64,000 nucleotides of DNA, taken from contig CAWFFN010000009.1 in assembly GCA_963815115.1 (NCBI GenBank), forward strand, positions 1,216,001 to 1,280,000, written 5' to 3'. Of this stretch, positions 56,682 through 64,000 are shown piece by piece. Below the pieces are notes generated by a model, which made no database searches, was not told the DNA's origin, and saw only the letters and a list, made by a program, of their open reading frames with translations. Positions within the stretch are counted from its first letter, which is position 1. The number at the start of each line of letters is the position of its first letter. This DNA comes from an uncultured delta proteobacterium. GTDB taxonomy: Bacteria > Desulfobacterota > Binatia > DP-6. Made by a program: the position numbers and the translations under genes.

Positions 56682-57524
56682 ATGCCCACCGTGGCCGACA
56701 AGCGGCGTACGTTCCGCAGACTCCACCAGACGGGCTGCTTCGTGCTGCCCAATCCGTGGGACGTCGGAAGCGCCCGCTACCTGCAATCCCTCGGATTCGA
56801 GGCGCTCGCGACGACGAGCGCGGGAGCCGCGTTCGCGATGGCGCTCCCCGACGGCGCCGTGCCGCGCGACGCCATGCTGGCGCACATCGGCGCGCTCGCG
56901 GCCGCCAGCGACGTGCCCGTCAACGCCGATTTCGGCAACGGCTTCGCGGACGATCCCGAGGAGGTAGGACGCAACGTGCGGCTGTGCGTCGCGGCCGGCG
57001 TCGCCGGCCTCTCGATCGAGGACTCCACCGGCGACCGGGCGCGACCGCTCTACGACATCGATCTCGCGACCCGGCGCGTTCGTGCCGCCCGTGCTGCCAT
57101 CGATGCATCGGGCGAGGAGGTGGTCCTCACCGGACGCGCCGAGGGGATGCTGGGCTACGACGTCGATCTCGACGCCACCATCCGCCGGCTTCGGGCGTAC
57201 TCCGAGGCCGGAGCCGACTGCCTGTACGCACCCGGTATCACCACCCGCGAGCAGATCTCCGCCGTGGTCGCGGCCGTGGCGCCGAAGCCCGTCAACGTCC
57301 TCGCGCCGCCGGCCGTGGGCCTCACCCTGCGCGACTTCACGGCTCTGGGCGTACGCCGCCTGAGCGTCGGGGGCGGGCTCGCGCGCGTGGCATGGGGCGC
57401 CCTGATGCGCGCGGCCGGCGCGATCGCCAGAGACGGCCGCTTCGATGGGATGGCCGACGCTGCCTCGGGGAAGGAGCTGAACCGGCTGTTCCACGACGAC
57501 GCGAAGCGCCGCGGGCCGTCCTGA
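56682..57524 (+). CDS. Isocitrate lyase/PEP mutase family protein
   Basis: LPNPWDVGSA, ATTSAG, NADFGNGF, SIEDS, AGADCLYAPG. Confidence 0.9.
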   Translation: MPTVADKRRTFRRLHQTGCFVLPNPWDVGSARYLQSLGFEALATTSAGAAFAMALPDGAVPRDAMLAHIGALAAASDVPVNADFGNGFADDPEEVGRNVRLCVAAGVAGLSIEDSTGDRARPLYDIDLATRRVRAARAAIDASGEEVVLTGRAEGMLGYDVDLDATIRRLRAYSEAGADCLYAPGITTREQISAVVAAVAPKPVNVLAPPAVGLTLRDFTALGVRRLSVGGGLARVAWGALMRAAGAIARDGRFDGMADAASGKELNRLFHDDAKRRGPS

Positions 57525-57669
57525 GGGCTTCAGCCGGAGACGACGTACCTCCATTGGTCGCGACCCGTGAATTTTGCTAGCATCCGGCGCGCAGCGCCGC
57601 CCCGGGGGGGGCGGCCAAGCGAACGGTGGCTCGCGGTGTGCGGTCGCGGGCGTCCGGAGGGATGGGACG

Positions 57670-58023
57670 ATGGGTATGCGGAGGACGCGAAGCGGTCGAG
57701 CGCATCGAGCGGATGCCCTGACCGACGATGAAACGGCGAAGGCGCCGATCCCGCTCGATTCGATCAGCCTGCTGGCGGGAATCGCGCCGGGGCTGGAGCT
57801 CGAGGCCACGGTGGCGGCGGACGGTACGATGCCGGCCGGCAGCCCGGTCTCGGTCGACGAGGTGGGGCGGCTCCTGCGTTGCAGCGAGGCCACGGTGCGC
57901 CGCCTGATCCGCACCGCCGTGCTGCGCCCGGTCGGTGTCGGCGAGCACCAGGTGCGGCGCAGCGACGTCGAGAGCTACCGTCTGAGCCTGATGCGGCGCG
58001 TGCCCGGCAAGCCCGGAAACTGA
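57670..58023 (+). CDS. Excisionase-family HTH DNA-binding protein
   Basis: VSVDEVGRLLRCSEATVRRLIR...VRRSDVESY. Confidence 0.6.
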   Translation: MGMRRTRSGRAHRADALTDDETAKAPIPLDSISLLAGIAPGLELEATVAADGTMPAGSPVSVDEVGRLLRCSEATVRRLIRTAVLRPVGVGEHQVRRSDVESYRLSLMRRVPGKPGN

Positions 58024-58383
58024 GCCGCTCGCCAGGGGTCGGGACGCAGCCCCGCCCCCCGACCCCGATGACCCGGACCCCTCCGGGCCGTCGCACAGGA
58101 GTGTGCGACCTCCTCTTCGGGACGTACACGCCTGAACGGTCCCCGGCGCTGGAAAACCGGTGAACCCTTGATTTCGTTGGCGTTGCCGCTCCGGCACGCG
58201 CCTCGCTCTTCTCCACCCGACCGGCTGCTGTGCCGGCGGGGGGATGACGATGGAGACGAAGGCGAGGCAGGAGGGGAAGTCGGCGCGCCCGCGCCGCAGG
58301 GTGATCGCGGTCGGCAAGCGCCAGAACGGGCGCTGGAAGGTGCGCACCAGCCTCTGGCGCTGGCTCGCGGCGACGGCCATCTC

Positions 58384-59358
58384 TCAGTGAGGCGCGCGCG
58401 ATCGGTCGAGGCTGGCCGCGCGCGCCTCGACGAACTCGAGGACGCGTGCCTCGAGGCAGACACCGTCGAGGCGGTCGATCTCCTGGACGCCGGTCGGGCT
58501 CGTGACGTTCACCTCCGTCACCAGGCCGCCGATGACGTCGAGACCGACGAACCAGAGTCCGTCGCCGCTCAGCCGCGGTGCCATGCGGCGGCAGATCTCC
58601 CGATCGCGATCGTCGACCGGGGCGCGCACCACGCGGCCCCCGACGTGGATGTTGCCGCGATGCTCGTCCTCGCGCGGCACGCGTAGCACCGCGCCGAGCG
58701 GCTCGCCGTCGAGAACGATGAGCCGCTTGTCGCCCTGGCGCGCCTCCGGCAGATAGCGCTGCGCCATCACGAGCTCGGTCCCGTTGCGGGTCGACATCTC
58801 GAGCAGGGCATTCAGGTTCCGGTCGTCGCGGTTGACGTGCAGCACGCCCGTCCCCCCGCATCCATCCAGCGGCTTCACGATCATCTCGCCGCCCATCGTG
58901 TCGAGGAACGCGCGCAGGCGAGCGAGATCGTGCGTGACCAGGCTCTCCGGGATGACGTCGGGAAAGTTGAGAGCGTAGAGCTTCTCGTTGGCGTCCCGCA
59001 GCCCGCGTGGCGAGTTCACCACCAGCGTCTCGGTCGGGTCGGCGAGCCCGAGCAGGTGGGTGGCGAAGAAGTAGCGCATGTCGAAGGGCGGATCCTTGCG
59101 CATGAAGATCACGTCGAAGAAGGCCAGCGGCACCGTGCGGGCCTCGTGGAGGTGAAAGTGGGTCGTGGCGCGCTCCACCACCAGCCCGCGGACCGCGGCG
59201 CGGGGGGTGGTCCGGTCGACGAACAGATCGTCCGGCTCACAGTGATATTGCGTGTGCCCGCGCCGCTGGCCTTCGAGCTGGAACGCGAAGGTGGTGTCCT
59301 TGTCGACCAGCACGCGGCTCATCGGGTCCATGACGTAGAGGATGCGCAGCCCAGCCAT
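58384..59358 (-). CDS. gshB: Glutathione synthetase
   Basis: VMDP...KDTTF, MRKDPPFD, NEKL, KPLDGCGG, RGNIHVGG, TEVNVTSPTG. Confidence 0.96.
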   Translation of the reverse strand: MAGLRILYVMDPMSRVLVDKDTTFAFQLEGQRRGHTQYHCEPDDLFVDRTTPRAAVRGLVVERATTHFHLHEARTVPLAFFDVIFMRKDPPFDMRYFFATHLLGLADPTETLVVNSPRGLRDANEKLYALNFPDVIPESLVTHDLARLRAFLDTMGGEMIVKPLDGCGGTGVLHVNRDDRNLNALLEMSTRNGTELVMAQRYLPEARQGDKRLIVLDGEPLGAVLRVPREDEHRGNIHVGGRVVRAPVDDRDREICRRMAPRLSGDGLWFVGLDVIGGLVTEVNVTSPTGVQEIDRLDGVCLEARVLEFVEARAASLDRSRAPH

Positions 59359-59393
59359 CGCGCCGGGATGCTAGCCGAGCCCCGAAGCTTGGT

Positions 59394-59418
59394 CGACCCG
59401 AGACTTCGTCTCGGGTCG
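59394..59418. repeat. Isolated REP-like hairpin (copy 4)
   Basis: CGACCCGAGAC-TTC-GTCTCGGGTCG immediately after the rsmE stop. Confidence 0.75.
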
Positions 59419-59421
59419 CTC

Positions 59422-60126
59422 CTACCCGTCGCCCCAGCGGCTCTGGCACAGGGCGGCGATCACGATGGCGGCGGTCTCTGCGCGCAGCCGGCGCGGGCCG
59501 AGGGTGACAGGCACGAAGCCGTGCGCGCGCGCGAGAGCCATCTCGTCCTCCGCCAGGCCCCCCTCCGGGCCGACCACCGCAACCGCGGCGGCGGCGCGCG
59601 CGGGCAGCGCGTCCAGCCGATCGTCGACGTCGCCCTCCCAGGGAACGAGACGCAGCCCGCGCCAGGGCGCGGCGACGAGGGTTGCGAGCGGGACCGGCTC
59701 GTCGATGTCGGGAACGCGCGTGCGTCCGGACTGCTTGGCTGCCGCGACGGCGATTCGCCGCCAGCGCTCGAGGTGCCCGGTGCGGCCGACGGCGTGGCGG
59801 GTCGACACCGGCGCGACCCGCTGCACGCCGAGCTCGGTCGCCTTCTCGACGACCAGATCCATCTTGGTCCCCTTGAGCAGCGCGGGAGCCAGCACGAGCT
59901 CCAGCGACGACTCGCGCGACGGACGCGTGCTGGCGACGACCATCCCGTTCGCCTCGCGCGCGCCGACCCGCTCGAGCACCACGTCGTGCTCCAGGCCGTC
60001 CTCGCCCAGCACGCGCAGGCGAGCGCCGGGGAGAAGGCGCAGCGTGCGGAGGTGGCGGAACTCGGCTCCCGCGATGCGGATGCGGGTCGCGCCGGCGTGT
60101 ACGCCGGGCAGATAGAGGCGCAACAT
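59422..60126 (-). CDS. rsmE: 16S rRNA m3U1498 methyltransferase
   Basis: KMDLVVEKATELGV, AAKQSGR, VGPEGG, LGPRRLRAETA. Confidence 0.95.
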   Translation of the reverse strand: MLRLYLPGVHAGATRIRIAGAEFRHLRTLRLLPGARLRVLGEDGLEHDVVLERVGAREANGMVVASTRPSRESSLELVLAPALLKGTKMDLVVEKATELGVQRVAPVSTRHAVGRTGHLERWRRIAVAAAKQSGRTRVPDIDEPVPLATLVAAPWRGLRLVPWEGDVDDRLDALPARAAAAVAVVGPEGGLAEDEMALARAHGFVPVTLGPRRLRAETAAIVIAALCQSRWGDG

Positions 60127-61013
60127 CAGCGTTCGAGCCGCAGCGTGCGCCACGCACCGGCGGCGCGCGTCGCGGTGACGCGGAGGGGGAAGGCGGCCGC
60201 CACGGCGTCGGCCTGTGTGTCGAGGAGACCCGAGATGACCAGGCGTCCGCCGGGCGCGACGGCGGCGGCGAGGGCCTCGGCCTCGTCGATCAGGATGTCC
60301 GCGAGCAGGTTCGCCACCACGAGATCGAAGCACGCCCGCACCGCGGCCACGCGGCCGGCGAGGAGCATCGGCCCGGGTGCGCCGTTGCGCCGGAGGTTGG
60401 CGCGCGCCAGAGGCAGGACGCTGGTGTCGCAGTCGAGCGCGACGACGCGCGGCACGCCGAGCCGCGCGAGCGCCGCCGCGAGCACGCCCGAGCCGGTGCC
60501 GACGTCGAGCGCGGATCGCACCGTCCCCGCGGCGAGCGCGGACTCGATCTCCTCGAGGCAGGTGCGCGTGGTCTCGTGCTGCCCCGTGCCGAAGGCCATG
60601 CCCGGCTCGATGACGAGCACCTCGCGCCCGGGAGCGTCCGGCACGTCCCACGGAGGCGCCACCAGGAGCCGTCGTCCGACCGTGACCGGCCGATGATGGC
60701 GGCGGAACGCGGCCTCCCAGTCGAGTGGGGGGAGTGGAGCGGTCTCGACCCGCACGTCGGCCGCAGCCGGCTCGAGCCCTTGCAGGCTGCGAAGCCAGCG
60801 TGACAGCTCCTCCAGGAGCGGCGGCCCCTGCTCCGGCGGCACGTGGGCCTCGAGGCGCGTTCGACCCGGCGGCGGCGCGGCCACCTCCGCAGCGCGCACC
60901 GCGGTCACCAGCGCGGGCACGCCCTCGTCCTCGAGGAAGCTCGCAACCGCGTCGGCGAGATGCTCGGCGACGTCGACTCGCACGACGAGCCATCCCGGGG
61001 GCGTCCGCTCCAC
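60126..61013 (-). CDS. prmA: Ribosomal protein L11 methyltransferase
   Basis: IEPGMAFGTGQHETT, LDVGTGSGVL, VVANLLA. Confidence 0.95.
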   Translation of the reverse strand: MERTPPGWLVVRVDVAEHLADAVASFLEDEGVPALVTAVRAAEVAAPPPGRTRLEAHVPPEQGPPLLEELSRWLRSLQGLEPAAADVRVETAPLPPLDWEAAFRRHHRPVTVGRRLLVAPPWDVPDAPGREVLVIEPGMAFGTGQHETTRTCLEEIESALAAGTVRSALDVGTGSGVLAAALARLGVPRVVALDCDTSVLPLARANLRRNGAPGPMLLAGRVAAVRACFDLVVANLLADILIDEAEALAAAVAPGGRLVISGLLDTQADAVAAAFPLRVTATRAAGAWRTLRLER

Positions 61014-61116
61014 GCGTCGCGAGCATCGGCGCGTGCCCGTGCGCTGTCAACGGTGCGAGCGCGAGCCGGTCCCGGCTCGGTTGACGCCTTCGTGCCGCCC
61101 GCCTAACGCAGGGACC

Positions 61117-61824
61117 ATGGACGTCATCGCGCACCGCGGGGCGAGCGGGACGTGCCCGGAGAACACGCTTCCGGCATTTCGCCGCGCTGCCGAGCTCGGG
61201 GCGCCGATGGTGGAGCTGGACGTCCAGCTCACGCGGGACGGCAAGCCGGTGGTGATCCACGACTGGACGCTCGATCGCACGACGAGCGGGACGGGAGCGG
61301 TGCGGCGGCGCACCCTGGCCGAGATCGCGGCCCTCGACGCCGGCCGCTGGTTCGCCGCCTCGTTTGCCGGGACCCGTGTCCCGACGCTGGACCAGGTCCT
61401 GGGCGCGGTCGAGCTCCGGGTGAACGTCGAGCTGAAATCGCGCGGCATCGATGGACTGGAGCGCACGGTCCTGGAGGTGGTGGAGGGGGCGGGGGCGCTG
61501 CGTCGCGTCGTGTTCTCGTCGTTCGAGCCGGCGAGTCTGCGGCGGCTGCGCGCGCTCTCCGCGGACGCCGAGCTGGGGGTGCTGTGGGCTGGCCGGGGCG
61601 TGGCCAGGGCACTTGCATTGGCGGATAGCGTCGCTGCCACCTCCGTGCATCTGCGCAAGGGCGCGGCGACGCCGGCGGCCATCGCCAGCGCGCGGGCCGC
61701 GGGCTTCGGGGTTCGTGTCTGGACCGTGAACTCAGCAGTGGATTTCGCGCGCCTCGCCGCCGCGGGCGCGGACGCCGTGTTCACCGACTACCCGGAGCGA
61801 TTCTTGCACCCACCCCCGAGGTGA
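61117..61824 (+). CDS. Glycerophosphodiester phosphodiesterase
   Basis: IAHRGAS..PENT, ELDV, HD..LDRT, NVELK, WTVN, FTDYP. Confidence 0.92.
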   Translation: MDVIAHRGASGTCPENTLPAFRRAAELGAPMVELDVQLTRDGKPVVIHDWTLDRTTSGTGAVRRRTLAEIAALDAGRWFAASFAGTRVPTLDQVLGAVELRVNVELKSRGIDGLERTVLEVVEGAGALRRVVFSSFEPASLRRLRALSADAELGVLWAGRGVARALALADSVAATSVHLRKGAATPAAIASARAAGFGVRVWTVNSAVDFARLAAAGADAVFTDYPERFLHPPPR

Positions 61825-61925
61825 ATCATGGGGCTCTCGCCCTTCACCAGGGCCCTTCCCTTGACTGCTCGGCGCTTTTGCCCGATTAAGTCCCCCTTTC
61901 CTCCGAGGGGGGGTGAGTACCGGAC

Positions 61926-62126
61926 ATGGCAGGGGTTCGAGTCAAAGAGAACGAGCCCATCGACAGCGCCATCCGTCGATTCAAGAAACAGTGCGAGAAA
62001 GCTGGAATCCTCGCAGAGCTCCGCAAGCGCGAGCACTACGAGAAGCCCAGCGTGCGCCGGAAGAAGAAGGCCATGGCGGCTCGCAAGCGCGCCATCCGTC
62101 GCACGGCACGCAACACCATGGCATGA
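61926..62126 (+). CDS. rpsU: 30S ribosomal protein S21
   Basis: [39 protein letters not shown]. Confidence 0.97.
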   Translation: MAGVRVKENEPIDSAIRRFKKQCEKAGILAELRKREHYEKPSVRRKKKAMAARKRAIRRTARNTMA

Positions 62127-62172
62127 GCGCGGGCTGCCGAGGGCCCGAGGAGTTCGAGGGCAGACGTACGCG

Positions 62173-62676
62173 ATGACGGCTCTCGACGGAATCCTGCTGC
62201 TGCTTCTGGTTCTCTTCGGGCTCCGGGGCTTCTGGCGCGGGTTCCTGCGTGAAGCGGTGGGGCTCGCCGGGCTCGTCGCGGTCGCCTACGTGCTGTTCAC
62301 GGGGTGGTCCGACGCGCTCGGCGCCCGCCTCGCCGGCCACGCCGGCATGTCGAGCGAGGCGGCGCGGATGGTGGCGGCCGTGGGGCTCGCCCTCGCGGTG
62401 TTCATCCTCGTCCGCCTCGTGGGCGGGGTCGTGGTGCGCGCGACCGCGGCGCTCTTCCTGCGACCGGTCGACCGCGTCGCCGGGGTCGGGCTCGGTCTGG
62501 TCGAGGGAACCGCGGTGCTCGGGCTCCTCATGGCGGCCATCGTGCGGGTCGCCCCCGCCTCCGACCCGAGCCATCGCATCGAGGCCTCCCGCCTCGCGCA
62601 GCCGATGCTCGAGGTGGCCGGTCGCATCGTCAGCGTGGCGCGTCCTTACGCCACCGCCATGCGGGAAGCGATCTGA
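62173..62676 (+). CDS. cvpA: CvpA (colicin V production) family membrane protein
   Basis: LDGILL...GFWRGFLRE; VDRVAGVGLG. Confidence 0.85.
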   Translation: MTALDGILLLLLVLFGLRGFWRGFLREAVGLAGLVAVAYVLFTGWSDALGARLAGHAGMSSEAARMVAAVGLALAVFILVRLVGGVVVRATAALFLRPVDRVAGVGLGLVEGTAVLGLLMAAIVRVAPASDPSHRIEASRLAQPMLEVAGRIVSVARPYATAMREAI

Positions 62677-62684
62677 GCCGATCC

Positions 62685-64000
62685 ATGGCTGGCCGCATCA
62701 GCGACATCGCGATCCGGACGATCCGCGAGCGCGCCAGCCTGTCCGAGGTCGTGTCCGACGTGGTCGCCGTGCGACGACGCGGGCGCACCGCCGTCGGCCT
62801 GTGCCCGTTCCACGTCGAGAAGACCCCGTCGTTCACGGTGAGTGAGGAGCGCGGCTTCTACCACTGCTTCGGATGCGGCGAGCACGGGGACGTCTTCACC
62901 TTCGTCATGAAGACCCAGTCGCTCGCCTTTCCCGAGGCGGTACGCGGCGTGGCGGAGCGCTTCGGGCTGCCGGTGCCCGAGGAGGCCGCCGGGCGCGGCC
63001 CCGCGTCCGAGCCGCTGGTTGCGGTGTGCGAGGCGGCGGCCGCGTTCTTCCGCGGCTCGCTGCGCGGTCCGCAGGGTGCGCGCTGCCGCGCCTATCTCTC
63101 CGAGCGCGCCGTCCGGCCCGAGACCGCGGAGCGCTTCGGGCTCGGTTACGCGCCGGGCGGCGGGGATCACCTCGCCCGCCACCTGCGATCGCAGGGGTTG
63201 TCGCTCGACGACGCCGTCGGCGCCGGGCTGGTGATGCGCCGCACGACCGGCGGGCTCGTCGATCGCTTCCGCGACCGTCTCGTGTTTCCGATCACGGATC
63301 CCCGCGCTCGCGTGGTGGCCTTCGGTGGCCGGATCCTGCCCGGGGTCGCGACGACGGGAGACCCCCCGCCCAAGTACCTGAACTCGCCCGAGTCGCCGAT
63401 CTTTCACAAGGGTCGCACCCTCTACGGCCTCGCTCTCGCGCGCGACGCGATCCGCCAGCGCGGTCGGGTCGTGGTCGTGGAAGGCTACCTCGACCTGATC
63501 GCGCTCGCCCAGGCGGGCATCGCCGAAGTCGTGGCGCCGCTCGGGACCGCGCTCACTGCCGACCAGCTACGCGTGCTCCGCCGGTTCACCGAGCGCGTGA
63601 TCGCCTGCTTCGACGGCGACACCGCCGGGCGCCGCGCCGCCGCGCGGAGCTTCCCCGTCTTCATCGAGGCGGGGCTGTGGGGTCGCGGCGTCTTCCTGCC
63701 CGCTGGCGAGGACCCCGACACCTTCGTGCGGTCCGGTGGAGTCGAGGCCGTCGAGCGGCTGCTGGACGGAGCCGAGCCGCTCGTCGAGGCGTGGCTGGGG
63801 GAGGTCGCCGGTCCCGACCGCGACGCCGTTGGCCGCCGCGCGGATGCGGCCCGCGAGGTCGCGCGGTTGCTCAAGCGCCTGCGCGATCCCTACGAGTTCA
63901 ACGTCCTCGCCACGGTCGCTGCCCAGACGCTCGGTGTGCCCGAGGAGCTGCTCCGCCCCGAGGGACTCGCCACGCCCTCGGCACCTGCCGCACCGGCGCG
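62685..64000 (+). CDS. dnaG: DNA primase (runs off the window end)
   Basis: Manual translation: GLCPFHVEKTPSF, YHCFGCG, DRFRDRLVFPI, PKYLNSPES, VVEGYLD, FDGDTAG, GEDPD. Confidence 0.96.
   Translation, partial: MAGRISDIAIRTIRERASLSEVVSDVVAVRRRGRTAVGLCPFHVEKTPSFTVSEERGFYHCFGCGEHGDVFTFVMKTQSLAFPEAVRGVAERFGLPVPEEAAGRGPASEPLVAVCEAAAAFFRGSLRGPQGARCRAYLSERAVRPETAERFGLGYAPGGGDHLARHLRSQGLSLDDAVGAGLVMRRTTGGLVDRFRDRLVFPITDPRARVVAFGGRILPGVATTGDPPPKYLNSPESPIFHKGRTLYGLALARDAIRQRGRVVVVEGYLDLIALAQAGIAEVVAPLGTALTADQLRVLRRFTERVIACFDGDTAGRRAAARSFPVFIEAGLWGRGVFLPAGEDPDTFVRSGGVEAVERLLDGAEPLVEAWLGEVAGPDRDAVGRRADAAREVARLLKRLRDPYEFNVLATVAAQTLGVPEELLRPEGLATPSAPAAPA

Noticed and set aside
57577-58380. 267-aa minus-strand ORF downstream of gshB
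   Set aside because: Overlaps the plus-strand HTH gene and has no recognisable motif; at most a short 5' part is real.
61926-64000. cvpA located between rpsU and dnaG
   Set aside because: Similar arrangements are common in deltaproteobacterial macromolecular-synthesis operons; not novel.

Overview
High-GC bacterial chromosome segment. The Cys-rich and Thr-rich secreted proteins and the rpsU-cvpA-dnaG order suggest a Binatia/deltaproteobacterial-type soil organism (inference). Layout: (1) 1-17.8 kb, metabolic and envelope genes (DUF2950, DUF1254, GT-C glycosyltransferase, LLM monooxygenase, thiolase, amidase, sulfotransferase, acyl-CoA ligase, SDR, VOC). (2) 17842-31421, a 13.6 kb capsid-less PICI-like phage satellite. 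It carries a tyrosine integrase, AlpA/Xis-like HTHs, a prim-pol/AAA helicase, an SSB-like protein, a lambda-like cos site in front of a TerS-like gene, a tandem-RRM protein and a three-gene RelE/HTH/unknown cassette. It is bounded by a 16-bp direct repeat, GCGACATCGTGTCGCA, that is not a tRNA end but looks like a RegA/PrrA/RegR operator in the promoter of a copper operon; a third copy lies in front of the local regBA genes. (3) 31.4-39.8 kb, a copper cluster (outer-membrane protein, copC, copD, Tat-exported Csp) plus RegB/RegA. (4) 39.9-54.3 kb, secreted metal/redox proteins including a beta-propeller/di-heme peroxidase, and tRNA-Phe. (5) 55-64 kb, housekeeping genes (GH29, PEP mutase family, gshB, rsmE, prmA, GDPD, rpsU, cvpA, dnaG). 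A ~110-bp two-hairpin REP-like repeat is dispersed through the window. All family calls come from motif recognition by eye; no searches were run.
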